A stretch of 64,000 bases of DNA from Parcubacteria group bacterium GW2011_GWA2_40_23 (GTDB lineage Bacteria > Patescibacteriota > Patescibacteriia > UBA11705 > JABHMO01), in contig LBYP01000004.1 of the NCBI GenBank assembly GCA_000996245.1, positions 10,860-74,859 on the forward strand, read 5' to 3'. This document shows, piece by piece, positions 27,000 through 36,449 of this stretch. Every line of letters begins with the position of its first letter. The first letter of the stretch is position 1. The position numbers were made by a program, and so were the translations under genes. Below the pieces are notes generated by a model that saw only the letters and a program-made list of their open reading frames with translations, had not been told where the DNA came from and ran no database searches.

Positions 27000-29567
27000 A
27001 TGCCAGAATTGGAGTTGGATTTATCGATTGGGAGTTCAATTACAGACAACCCTATGTTTTTACCAGGATTAGGAATTTTGTTTCTAATCTTTTTGTTTAT
27101 TATTATACTCTATATTATTAGATATTTTTCTCTTCATCGCGGACGAGTAGCAGTATCTTTCCAAAAGAAAATTATGCTAATCACTATGCCGAAAGCTGCT
27201 CCCAAGGAGGGCGGAGGTACAGAACCACCCGCCTGGCAGCAGGTACAAGAGAAAATCGCGGTGATGGAAACATTTTTTTCAACTATTGCGGGACTTAAGG
27301 CTGAAAAGGGTATTAAGACTTGGTTTTTTGGCCATCGTGATGTTTTTTCTTTAGAAATTGTGGCCGATAAGGAGGGGAAGATTAATTTTTTTATGGCTAT
27401 TCCTGCACATTGGCAGCAATATGTAGAAGAACAGCTGCAAGCGCAGTTTCCTCAAGCTTTTTTGGAAGAAGTCCCAGATTATAATATTTTTTCACCGACC
27501 GCAGTTATTGGTGGTCGCATGTTTACTTTTAAACGGGAGTACATTTTTCCCATAAAAACATTTAAGAAGTTTGATTCTGATCCATTAAATGGAATTACGA
27601 ATGCCTTGAGTAAAATGGACATAGGGGACGGTGCGGCCATCCAGATTGTCATTAAATCAGCCAGAGGCAGTTGGCACGATTTCGGCGTTAAATTAGCTTC
27701 TAAAATGCAGCAGGGTAAAAGTCTAAAGGATGCCATGCGTGAAGTAAAAGGTGGCATCTGGGGCTTTATTAGTGGGATAGCTAAAGCAGCCAAACCAAAA
27801 TCGGCCGAACCACAACAGCAGGAACAATATAAGTTATCACCCATGGAAGAAGAGGTTGTTAAGGGTCTGGAAGAAAAAGCTAGCAAGGCTGGAGTTGACG
27901 CTAATATTAGAATAGTTGTTTCTTGTGAACGGCCGGAAAAAACAGAAATGCAATTAACAAGTTTAGTTAATGCGTTTGCACAATACAGCATTTATCAATT
28001 CGGGAATGGTTTACAACCAGAAGAACCTTCTTTGAAAAAAATGATCCCTGATTTTATTTATAGAAATTTTGATTCTAAACGCAAGATGCTTTTCAACACT
28101 GAAGAGCTAGCTAGTTTGTATCATTTTCCAATTCCACTTATCAATGAAACTCCAAGTATCCGTTGGTTAGATGCCAAGAAAGCACAAGCACCGCTTAATG
28201 TACCGAAGGAAGGTATTATTTTGGGTAAAAATTTATATCGTGGTCGCGAAACTTTAATCCGCATCAAACGTGAAGATAGACGACGCCATCAATATATTAT
28301 TGGTATGACGGGTACTGGTAAATCGTGGTATCAAGAAGGTTTGATCATGCAAGATATTGTTAATGGTGAGGGTTGTTGTTTTATCGATCCGCATGGTGAT
28401 GCCATTCAACATATTTTGGAACATATTCCACAAGAACGCGCTGAGGATGTGGTCATTTTAGATCCAAGCGATGTTAGACGTCCCATGGGTTTGAATTTAT
28501 TGGAATATAAAACACAAGAAGAAAAAACTTTTGCGATTAATGAAATCATGGCCATTTTTGATAAGTTGTATGATTTGAAGGCAACAGGCGGTCCTATGTT
28601 TGAACAATACTTCAAAAATGCAGCGGCTTTGATTATGGCTGATCCTGAGTCTGGTTCAACACTTTTAGAAATTTCACGCGTGTTAGCTGATGATGATTTT
28701 AGAAAATACAAACTTTCAATGTGTAAGGATCAATTGGTTAAAGATTTTTGGGAAAAGGAAGCTCAAAAAGCCGGTGGGGAAGCCTCTTTGGCCAACATGG
28801 TGCCTTACATTACCAGTAAAATGTCGCCCTTTATTTCGAATGATTTTGTGCGTCCGATTATTTCGCAGCAAAATAGCACTATCGACTTTAAGGAAATCAT
28901 GAATACCAAAAAGATTCTGTTAGTCCAATTATCTAAGGGTAAAATTGGTGGGATTAATGCCAACCTCCTCGGTATGTTGATTATTGGTAAATTGCTCATG
29001 GCTGCCTTAGGACGATCTGACATGGCAGAAGAAGATCGTAAAGATTTTTATCTATATGTGGATGAGTTTCAAAACTTTTTGACTGACAGTATGGAAATTA
29101 TCTTGTCTGAAGCCCGAAAATATCGTTTATGTTTAACAATTGGACACCAATACGTTGGGCAGCTGGTCAAGGGCGGGGACACAAAATTCAAAGATGCTAT
29201 TTTTGGTAACGTCGGTACAAAAGTTGTTTTCCGTATTGGCGTAGATGATGCTGAGGCGCTAACAAAGGAATTTGCACCTATTTTTAATGAATATGATTTC
29301 TTGAATGTTCCAAAATACAATTGCTATGTCAAGCTACTTATAGATAATGCAAATCCACCCGGATTTAATATGGCTTCTATCCCTTTTGACAAAATACCTG
29401 GTGTCCCACCCGCTAATAAAGACTTGGCTGAGGCTATCCGAGAACTCTCACGCTTGAAATATGGTAAAGATCCAGATATAATTGAGATGGAAGTCAAAGA
29501 ACGGCAACAAAAGATCTTGTGCAAAACAGCGCCACCGCTTGCCCCGAATTTACCGCCAGCAATTTAA
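27000..29567 (+). CDS. VirD4/TrwB/HerA-like membrane ATPase (T4SS coupling-protein-like)
   Basis: Walker A GMTGTGKS, FIDPHGD, Walker B LYVDEFQN, SEARKY, HQY; N-terminal TM helix. Confidence 0.85.
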   Translation: MPELELDLSIGSSITDNPMFLPGLGILFLIFLFIIILYIIRYFSLHRGRVAVSFQKKIMLITMPKAAPKEGGGTEPPAWQQVQEKIAVMETFFSTIAGLKAEKGIKTWFFGHRDVFSLEIVADKEGKINFFMAIPAHWQQYVEEQLQAQFPQAFLEEVPDYNIFSPTAVIGGRMFTFKREYIFPIKTFKKFDSDPLNGITNALSKMDIGDGAAIQIVIKSARGSWHDFGVKLASKMQQGKSLKDAMREVKGGIWGFISGIAKAAKPKSAEPQQQEQYKLSPMEEEVVKGLEEKASKAGVDANIRIVVSCERPEKTEMQLTSLVNAFAQYSIYQFGNGLQPEEPSLKKMIPDFIYRNFDSKRKMLFNTEELASLYHFPIPLINETPSIRWLDAKKAQAPLNVPKEGIILGKNLYRGRETLIRIKREDRRRHQYIIGMTGTGKSWYQEGLIMQDIVNGEGCCFIDPHGDAIQHILEHIPQERAEDVVILDPSDVRRPMGLNLLEYKTQEEKTFAINEIMAIFDKLYDLKATGGPMFEQYFKNAAALIMADPESGSTLLEISRVLADDDFRKYKLSMCKDQLVKDFWEKEAQKAGGEASLANMVPYITSKMSPFISNDFVRPIISQQNSTIDFKEIMNTKKILLVQLSKGKIGGINANLLGMLIIGKLLMAALGRSDMAEEDRKDFYLYVDEFQNFLTDSMEIILSEARKYRLCLTIGHQYVGQLVKGGDTKFKDAIFGNVGTKVVFRIGVDDAEALTKEFAPIFNEYDFLNVPKYNCYVKLLIDNANPPGFNMASIPFDKIPGVPPANKDLAEAIRELSRLKYGKDPDIIEMEVKERQQKILCKTAPPLAPNLPPAI

Positions 29568-29582
29568 AAAACAAAAACAAAA

Positions 29583-29670
29583 AGTTACGAATAGCTACTT
29601 AAAAATGATGTTACGAATTATTGCCTAAACAGTAATTCGCAACTTCAGAAAGGATGTGTTATTCGTAAAT
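29583..29670. repeat. Inverted pair of bipartite ATTCGTAAC motifs (copies 3 and 4)
   Basis: 29583-29620 on minus strand and a degenerate copy at 29633-29670 on plus strand. Confidence 0.75.
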
Positions 29671-29676
29671 CAAAAT

Positions 29677-30300
29677 ATGATTAGTTTTTTTCGTCGTAAA
29701 AAAGAAACCGTTCAAACAGCTGAAACAAGAACAACTCCAACTGACATTCCCTTAACTCAACGCGAAATTATCCAAACCATCACGCGTATGCAGCGTGAGT
29801 TGGATCGTTTAAAATCTGTTATTACAAATGGTAAAATGGATGCCGCGGCTGAACCGAACAAAGTTTTAGAAGAGGCTTTGCTTTCAATTCAGCAAAGAAC
29901 GGACGAAGATACTCAACGAAATGAATCAGAAAAAGTTATCGAAGGTGTTTTTGATGGTGAGGGGATGATTGGTGCTGATGGTGGACGTTATGATGTCCCG
30001 GCCAATTATGCGTCAAAATCAAAATTAGTTGAGGGTGATATTTTGAAGCTGACTATCAATAATATGGGTGCTTTTGTTTATAAACAAATAAAACCAATAG
30101 AGCGAGCACGTTTAGTCGGAACTTTGGAGCAAGATGAACATAGTTTACAGTATTCTGTTGAATCAGAAGGGAAAAAATGGAAATTATTAACAGCTAGCGT
30201 CACTTATTTCAAGGGAGATGTTGGGGATGAAGTAGTTTTCTTAATCCCAGCTGAAGGTGGCAGTCGCTCAGCGGCAGTCGAAAATATTATCAAGCGTTAA
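29677..30300 (+). CDS. Hypothetical protein
   Basis: IEGVFDGEGMIG..G..Y.VPANYASKSKLVEGD motif; start placed at ATG 29677. Confidence 0.8.
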   Translation: MISFFRRKKETVQTAETRTTPTDIPLTQREIIQTITRMQRELDRLKSVITNGKMDAAAEPNKVLEEALLSIQQRTDEDTQRNESEKVIEGVFDGEGMIGADGGRYDVPANYASKSKLVEGDILKLTINNMGAFVYKQIKPIERARLVGTLEQDEHSLQYSVESEGKKWKLLTASVTYFKGDVGDEVVFLIPAEGGSRSAAVENIIKR

Positions 30301-30376
30301 AATAAAGAGAGCGGTTTTTGAACTGCTCTTTTTTGCTTGCTCCAGAAGTACAAATTCTATTTGACTTCTGGATAAA

Positions 30377-30409
30377 CCAGCACTCAAACGGAGTTTGTAG
30401 TACTGGGTT
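30377..30409. repeat. Dispersed palindromic element, AACCCAGTACTA family (copy 2)
   Basis: Reverse complement AACCCAGTACTACAAA...TTTGAGTGCTGG. Confidence 0.65.
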
Positions 30410-30499
30410 TTGTGTCTAATTTTGGCAAAAAAGATCATTTTGGCAACCATTGATTTTAGCTCATGAATCTGTTAGAATAAGGACACAAGATAAAAAAAT

Positions 30500-32146
30500 A
30501 TGTCTGTCGCGCTATACCGAAAATATCGTCCTAAAAACTTTTCTGATGTTACCAATCAGAACCATATTAAGATTACTTTGCAACATGAAATTGAAAGTAA
30601 TCATTTGGGACATGCCTATTTGTTCTGCGGACCTCGAGGAACAGGTAAAACCACTTTGGCACGTTTGCTAGCCAAGGCTGTTAACTGTTTAGATTTGAAA
30701 AATAATTATGAACCTTGCAATGAATGTGATAGTTGTAAGGAAATCCTAGAGCATCGTTCACTTGATATTATTGAAATTGATGCAGCCTCACATACTGGTG
30801 TTGATAATGTCCGAGAAAACATTATCAACAATGCTCGTTTTACTCCAGCCAAGAGTAAATATAAAGTTTTTATTATCGATGAAGTGCACATGCTTTCGAT
30901 TTCGGCTTTTAACGCCTTACTCAAAGTTCTCGAGGAACCACCAAAACATGTCATCTTTATTCTTGCTACGACTGAGGCACATAAGATTCCAGCGACTATT
31001 ATTTCCCGTTGCCAACGATTTGATTTTAAAAAAATATTTGCGAAAGATTTGGTTACCCGTTTGCGTTGGATAGTGAGTCAAGAGGGAATGGAAGTCGAAG
31101 AAAGCGTTCTTGAACAAATCGCAAAACACGCTGGTGGTTGTGTGCGTGATGCTGAAAGTCTTTTAGAACAAGTGCTTTCTCTTGGTGGACAAAAAATAAC
31201 AGCCGAACAAGCGACCTTGATATTACCACGTTCGGATCATAACTTGTTTTATGAATTATTCTCTTTGATATTAAATAAACAGAAAGCTGAAGCCCTTGGT
31301 TTTGTGAATAAGTTATTGGAAGATGGGATTGATTTAAATCAATTTACAGATAATTTCATTGAGTTCTTGCGTCAGTTGTTGATTTATAAGGTGACTAATA
31401 ATCCTCATGATTTAGCGCGTGATTTTGATGATAATTTAGTAACACGTTGTATAGCGGTACTTGCAAAAGCAGAAGAAACCCAAATTATTAACATTATTAG
31501 CAAATTATTGGCCAACAAAGATCTTTTTAAACAAAATTACTTGGTCCAATTGCCTTTAGAAATTACCTTAATTGAACTCTGTAGTCTTAAAATAGCTGTT
31601 TTGACCTCAGTAAAGCCTGTTACAGCGCTCCCTTCTATTAAACCTCCAATTAATCCTGTTTCTGTTAGTACTCAGAAAGATGAAGCGATCGTTTTTGCGC
31701 CTGTTCATGAAATTAATGAAGTTCCTATTGCTGAAAAGCAAGTTGTTGAAGAAATTGTGATTCGAGAGGTAGGCGATTTAATTGGTTTTTTAAATTTTTG
31801 GCACGTAGTGCTGAAGGAAATAAAGGAACAAAACTATTCTTTGTTTATGTCATTGCATATGAGCAAGCCACTTAGTTTTGTTGATGATAAGTTGGTGTTG
31901 GGATTTTTATTTGAGTTACAGAGGACTCGGGTTGACGATTTGAAATCAATGAATATAATTAAAGAAGCTTTATTAAAACATTTGGGGAGAAAAATTGTTG
32001 TCGAAACAATAATTGATTCAAAATTAACCTTAGCCGATTTGCCTAAAAGTACAAACTTTGATAATCAAGTCGCCGCTCTTCCAAAAACACCTGAAGAAGC
32101 GGTGAGCGATGTGGCTAGTGAGTTTGGTGGTCAAGTTGTTGGCTAG
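30500..32146 (+). CDS. dnaX: DNA polymerase III subunit gamma/tau
   Basis: LYRKYRP, GPRGTGKTT, EIDAAS, IIDEVHML, SRCQRF. Confidence 0.96.
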   Translation: MSVALYRKYRPKNFSDVTNQNHIKITLQHEIESNHLGHAYLFCGPRGTGKTTLARLLAKAVNCLDLKNNYEPCNECDSCKEILEHRSLDIIEIDAASHTGVDNVRENIINNARFTPAKSKYKVFIIDEVHMLSISAFNALLKVLEEPPKHVIFILATTEAHKIPATIISRCQRFDFKKIFAKDLVTRLRWIVSQEGMEVEESVLEQIAKHAGGCVRDAESLLEQVLSLGGQKITAEQATLILPRSDHNLFYELFSLILNKQKAEALGFVNKLLEDGIDLNQFTDNFIEFLRQLLIYKVTNNPHDLARDFDDNLVTRCIAVLAKAEETQIINIISKLLANKDLFKQNYLVQLPLEITLIELCSLKIAVLTSVKPVTALPSIKPPINPVSVSTQKDEAIVFAPVHEINEVPIAEKQVVEEIVIREVGDLIGFLNFWHVVLKEIKEQNYSLFMSLHMSKPLSFVDDKLVLGFLFELQRTRVDDLKSMNIIKEALLKHLGRKIVVETIIDSKLTLADLPKSTNFDNQVAALPKTPEEAVSDVASEFGGQVVG

Positions 32147-32178
32147 TTAATTTTATATATTTGCATAGAATGCGTAGC

Positions 32179-32252
32179 TCGGGGATCGTCTAATGGTAGG
32201 ACAGCAGGTTCTGGCCCTGCTAATCTTGGTTCGATTCCAGGTCCCCGAGCCA
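32179..32252 (+). tRNA. tRNA-Gln (anticodon CTG)
   Basis: Acceptor TCGGGGA/TCCCCGA, anticodon arm GCAGG-TTCTGGC-CCTGC, T loop GGTTCGATTCC, encoded CCA. Confidence 0.96.
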
Positions 32253-32308
32253 CGCATTTTATTTTATTCTGGTTTTAGCTTCATGAAATGTGATATACTT
32301 TTTAACAT

Positions 32309-33208
32309 ATGATGAAAAAGCTTTCTGTTGATGAATTTAATAAGTATCTTTCGAAAAACAAGAAAGGCACTTATGATGCAATTAGTCCAACTGCTTGGAC
32401 GGTTGCTTATTGTCGTACTTTTTCAGATATTCCATATTCTAAAGAAATTTATGATGAACTGGAGAAAAACAGAATAAAAAGTAATGCACCAGATTTACCC
32501 GATGAATATAAATTTTTAGATATGGCTCCTTTGTTTGAGGCACGACACAAATTAATTAATAAGTTAGTTTTAGAGCAGGGTTATTCTCAAATACTCGATA
32601 TTGCTGCAGGGCTCACTCTGCGCGGATTAGAAATGACTCGGAATGAAGATATTGAGTATGTGGAAGTCGATTTACCTGAAATAATAAAGCAAAAGCGTTC
32701 AATAGTACGAGCTATTTTGAAAAAAGAAAAAATAACAAGCAGAAAAAATTTACATTTAGAAATTGGTAATGCTTTAAGTATAAAAGATTTGAAAAAAGCA
32801 GCCAAGCTTTTTGATAAAGATAAGCCAATTATTATAATCACCGAAGGACTGTTACGCTACCTTGATTTCCCAGAGAAAACAATTGTGGCCAATAATGTAA
32901 AAGCATTACTCAAAACTTTCGGTGGTGTCTGGATTACTCCAGATATTATTTATAAACGTAATTTGAGTCCTGCTTTTGTAGCTAATAATGAAAGAGTCTC
33001 TAAATTAACAGGCATCAATATAGAGGCAAATAAGTTTTCCAGCATTGATGCGGCCCAGACATTCTTTAAGGATTTGGGTTTTAAAATACAATTTTATGGT
33101 TTTTTAGAAGTTTTATCGGACTTGGTTTCTCCCGCAAGATTAAAAATGTCACAAAAAGATGTTAAGGAAATCATTGGCCCTCGAATTATTTTTGTTATGA
33201 AGCTTTAA
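32309..33208 (+). CDS. Class I SAM-dependent methyltransferase (LCM-like)
   Basis: ILDIAAGLTLRG, YVEVDLP, ITEGLLRYL. Confidence 0.8.
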   Translation: MMKKLSVDEFNKYLSKNKKGTYDAISPTAWTVAYCRTFSDIPYSKEIYDELEKNRIKSNAPDLPDEYKFLDMAPLFEARHKLINKLVLEQGYSQILDIAAGLTLRGLEMTRNEDIEYVEVDLPEIIKQKRSIVRAILKKEKITSRKNLHLEIGNALSIKDLKKAAKLFDKDKPIIIITEGLLRYLDFPEKTIVANNVKALLKTFGGVWITPDIIYKRNLSPAFVANNERVSKLTGINIEANKFSSIDAAQTFFKDLGFKIQFYGFLEVLSDLVSPARLKMSQKDVKEIIGPRIIFVMKL

Positions 33209-33213
33209 TATAT

Positions 33214-33711
33214 ATGGATATTATCTCGCATGGCCTTTGGGGCGGGTTAGCCTTCGGCCGAAAAAACAAATTAAATTACTTTGCATCCTTCCTTTTTGGC
33301 ATTATGCCAGATATGTTTTCTTTTGGGATTCTGTCCATTGCCGCTGTCTTGGGTTTAGTAAAAGGTCCAAATTGGGGACAAGGGATTCCTAGCCCAGATG
33401 CTATTCCCGCATTCGTTCATACTCTTTATAACCTGACTCATAGTCTTATTACTTTTATACTTTTGTTTGGTATCGTCTGGGTTATTCGCAGAAAGCCATA
33501 TTTACCGATGTTGGCTTGGGGCTTACACATTTTAGTTGACATCCCTACGCATTCATTCGATTTTTTCCCAACACCTTTCTTAGAACCACTTTCAAGCTTT
33601 ATGCTTAATGGCATCAGTTGGGGCCATCCGATTATCTTTTATCCTAATGTGATTTTGTTGATTGCCGGTTATGTGGTTTGGTGGACAGGCAAAAGGAAGA
33701 AGATTCCCTGA
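33214..33711 (+). CDS. Membrane metal-dependent hydrolase-like protein (YdjM-like)
   Basis: MDIISHGLW, MPD, THSL, LHILVDIPTH. Confidence 0.7.
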   Translation: MDIISHGLWGGLAFGRKNKLNYFASFLFGIMPDMFSFGILSIAAVLGLVKGPNWGQGIPSPDAIPAFVHTLYNLTHSLITFILLFGIVWVIRRKPYLPMLAWGLHILVDIPTHSFDFFPTPFLEPLSSFMLNGISWGHPIIFYPNVILLIAGYVVWWTGKRKKIP

Positions 33712-33758
33712 TTTTAGCCTTCATTTGACATTTTAGATTTTCTACGTCATATTGTAAT

Positions 33759-33855
33759 TGTGCTTGTGGGCGAAAGCCCCGTTTCAGCTAAAGGATTTCC
33801 GAAGCTGAAGACAAGCACATATAAAAATACCGCTTTACAAAGCGGCATTTTTTTT
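33759..33855 (+). ncRNA. Candidate structured small RNA
   Basis: TTGACA-N17-CATATT promoter at 33725-33753, three-way junction with GAAA tetraloop, intrinsic terminator at 33823-33855. Confidence 0.55.
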
Positions 33856-34328
33856 ACTCATTTTCTATATCATCTGTATATAATTTTTGCACTGTATTAG
33901 TTTTTATTTTTGAGTATGGCATAACACTCCAGACGAGTGTATTCCCATCTCCAATTTTTTTTAGGATGGCTTTAATTTTAATTTGTTTTATTCCAACAAT
34001 GGCTACAAATCCAAAATACTCAACAGTTTTTGTGTGACTTAAACCATCGTTTTTTTTCTCCAAACTCCATCAAACATTTTCTGTATTCTTGAAGGGTTCC
34101 TGCCTTACGAATCACATCAAGGGCTAGTGGTAGGAGGTTGAATTTTAATAACTGTTCTCGTTTGTTCCGGGGTCTCCTCGCCGAAAATTGAAGATGATGA
34201 AAACCATCTGAGTTTAAAATAATTTTACTTTCTAAGAAAGGATTATAGACAGGTGATTGTGCTTGGTATAATTTCAAAACCTTTTCTTTTCGTTTATAAA
34301 ATTGTTTTAAAAAAATTTCATTTTCCAT
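33854..34328 (-). pseudogene. Nuclease-like (PBECR/RelE-superfamily-like) gene split at an A8 tract
   Basis: ORFs 34020-34328 and 33854-34063 overlap at T8 (34050-34057); family call is tentative. Confidence 0.6.
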
Positions 34329-34406
34329 AATTAAAGTTTAAATGGATGAGAAAATAAGTGCAAGTTTAGGGGTAAGCTAGAGTTTGTGTAGATATTTCGC
34401 TTGTGC

Positions 34407-34428
34407 TATACTTGACATGTCAAGTATA
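34407..34428. promoter_or_regulatory. Perfect 22-bp palindrome, putative MarR operator
   Basis: TATACTTGACA-TGTCAAGTATA 17 bp upstream of the MarR start. Confidence 0.7.
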
Positions 34429-34445
34429 CTAATAACAATAAATTT

Positions 34446-34880
34446 ATGCACAAAGTAAGTGTTGGAGTTCAATTTTTTCTTAATTTAAGTAAAACAGAGA
34501 CAATTTTATCACATCGTCTTGATCGTGGTTTAGGCGGTCTTGGTTGGAACGAATTTCTGATTCTTTTTCAACTAGATCAATCCAAGGACCAATCATTAAG
34601 CCGAATCGAATTAGCGGGGAAAGTAGGCTTAACTGCCTCTGGGATCACACGCATTTTATTACCGATGGAAAAGGTGCATTTAATCACTAGTGGCCCAGTG
34701 GAAGCCGATGCAAGAGTTCGTGCTGTTATGATTGCTGAAGGAGGAAAGACAAGATTGTCAGAAGCAATTTCGCGTATAGAAGAATTTTCTGAAGAGCTTT
34801 TTACTGCCAATGAAACAAAAGAAGCTGAAAAGATTTCTGAATTTTTGCGTCTAATCTCAGGAAAGATATTAATGAGTTAA
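34446..34880 (+). CDS. MarR-family transcriptional regulator
   Basis: SRIELAGKVGLTASGITRILLPMEK, DAR wing motif. Confidence 0.88.
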   Translation: MHKVSVGVQFFLNLSKTETILSHRLDRGLGGLGWNEFLILFQLDQSKDQSLSRIELAGKVGLTASGITRILLPMEKVHLITSGPVEADARVRAVMIAEGGKTRLSEAISRIEEFSEELFTANETKEAEKISEFLRLISGKILMS

Positions 34881-34922
34881 TAGTTTACATTGTGAGTACA
34901 TCGAGGTATTATTAATTTCATT

Positions 34923-35495
34923 ATGAGCAATAAGACACCGACGCAACTTATTTCTGATTATTTAAAAGGCGATAATGAAGCCTTTGATATTTTGATTGCA
35001 GAGACATTACCTTATGTCTATTGTTATTTGTTCCGTTATGTTTACAATGAAGAAGATGCCCAGGAATTAGCACAAGATACATTCGTAAAGGTGTGGAAAA
35101 AAATAAAACATTTTGATGCCAAGAAAAATTTTAATACTTGGCTTTTAACGATTGCACGCAACACCGCAATTGATTTTTTACGTAAGAAAAAAGAAATAGT
35201 TTTTTCTGATTTAGTGAGTGATGATAATTTAGAACAGAACGATTTTGAGGACTCTCTTGTCGACGATGAATTGATTCCCTCAGAAGTTTATGAAAAGCAG
35301 GAAACAACTGAGGTTGTTGAAAAATCGATCAAAGAACTGCCTTTGAAGTACCGAGAAATTTTAATTTTGCATTATCTGGAGGGCTTTTCCTTATCTGAGG
35401 TGGCGGAGATGTTGAAGCTGCCCCCAAACACCGTTAAAACACGTAAATTGAGAGGAATTCGTCTGTTACGAGAACAATGGATTGATACAAAATGA
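34923..35495 (+). CDS. ECF sigma factor
   Basis: DAQELAQDTFVKVW, WLLTIARNTAIDFLRK, region 4 EVAEML...TVKTR. Confidence 0.92.
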   Translation: MSNKTPTQLISDYLKGDNEAFDILIAETLPYVYCYLFRYVYNEEDAQELAQDTFVKVWKKIKHFDAKKNFNTWLLTIARNTAIDFLRKKKEIVFSDLVSDDNLEQNDFEDSLVDDELIPSEVYEKQETTEVVEKSIKELPLKYREILILHYLEGFSLSEVAEMLKLPPNTVKTRKLRGIRLLREQWIDTK

Positions 35496-35528
35496 ATCTA
35501 TTTTTAACTTACTTACGTATATACTAAT

Positions 35529-35936
35529 ATGCCAGACAATTTCAAAAAATTATTTTCTCAACTAAGTGAAATTCATATCCCTGATGGCTTAGCTGATAAA
35601 ATCGCGAAAGAAATTAATCACAGACAACGTAGGATGATTTTTATTAAGTCATCTTTATTTGTTTTCACGGCTTTGTTTTCAGGTGTCCTCTTATTTCTTG
35701 CCACAGCCTCAACTCGAGTTGCCTTTGTGGAGAGTGGTTTTGTTCAATATTTTTCATTATTGTTTTCTGATGCTTCCGCGGTTTTCGAATCAAGCGGAAG
35801 TTTTATGTATGTTTTGATTCAGACTTTACCAGCATTTAAGATAGCTATAACGACTGGTGTTTTGATCATTTTTCTGTTAACAATTAGATGGACTTTAAAT
35901 AATTTACGAAAAATTAATTTATTAAATAATCTATAA
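35529..35936 (+). CDS. Putative membrane anti-sigma factor
   Basis: Directly after the ECF gene; short cytoplasmic N-terminus and TM helices. Confidence 0.6.
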   Translation: MPDNFKKLFSQLSEIHIPDGLADKIAKEINHRQRRMIFIKSSLFVFTALFSGVLLFLATASTRVAFVESGFVQYFSLLFSDASAVFESSGSFMYVLIQTLPAFKIAITTGVLIIFLLTIRWTLNNLRKINLLNNL

Positions 35937-35940
35937 TAAT

Positions 35941-36423
35941 ATGAATGAATTATTGAAAAATAAAGTTTTTCAAGTTGCTATTGCTTCTCTTTGTGTTTTA
36001 TTAGTGTTTCTTTTAGGCTTGTCAGTCGGATTAAGCGTCGGGAAACACGAACGAGGTTTTGCCAATGATTGGAGCGATAATTATCATAAAAACTTTGCTG
36101 GACCACGTGGTGGCTTTATGCAAGAAATGATGAAGGATCAAGAAATTATAAATGCTAATGGGGTTTTTGGGCAAATTATTAAAATAGAAGGCAATGATCT
36201 CGTTGTCAAGGGAGATAAAGATATTGAGAAGCTGATTGTTGTTGGTGCAAAGACAATTATCAATCGCGGACGAGAGACAGTTACTCAAGCAGACTTAAAG
36301 GTTACAGACAATATCGTTGTAATCGGTGAACCAAACGCCGAAGGGAAAATTGAGGCCAAATTAATTCGCGTTATGCCAGCGTTTGGTGGACAACCAGTAT
36401 TGCCACCAGCACAGATAAAATAA
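35941..36423 (+). CDS. DUF5666-like exported protein
   Basis: TM helix; GQIIKIEG...DLKVTDNIVVIG...IEAKLI. Confidence 0.65.
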   Translation: MNELLKNKVFQVAIASLCVLLVFLLGLSVGLSVGKHERGFANDWSDNYHKNFAGPRGGFMQEMMKDQEIINANGVFGQIIKIEGNDLVVKGDKDIEKLIVVGAKTIINRGRETVTQADLKVTDNIVVIGEPNAEGKIEAKLIRVMPAFGGQPVLPPAQIK

Positions 36424-36449
36424 TAAATTGAGAAAGATTTAGAATTAAT

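Noticed and set aside
14654-29670. ATTCGTAAC repeats as a CRISPR mini-array
   Set aside because: Repeats are 9-11 nt with only two units per locus and short spacers, and no cas genes are present
33759-33819. Candidate sRNA as a c-di-GMP riboswitch, SRP RNA or hammerhead ribozyme
   Set aside because: It lacks their conserved core sequences and has no downstream gene on the same strand
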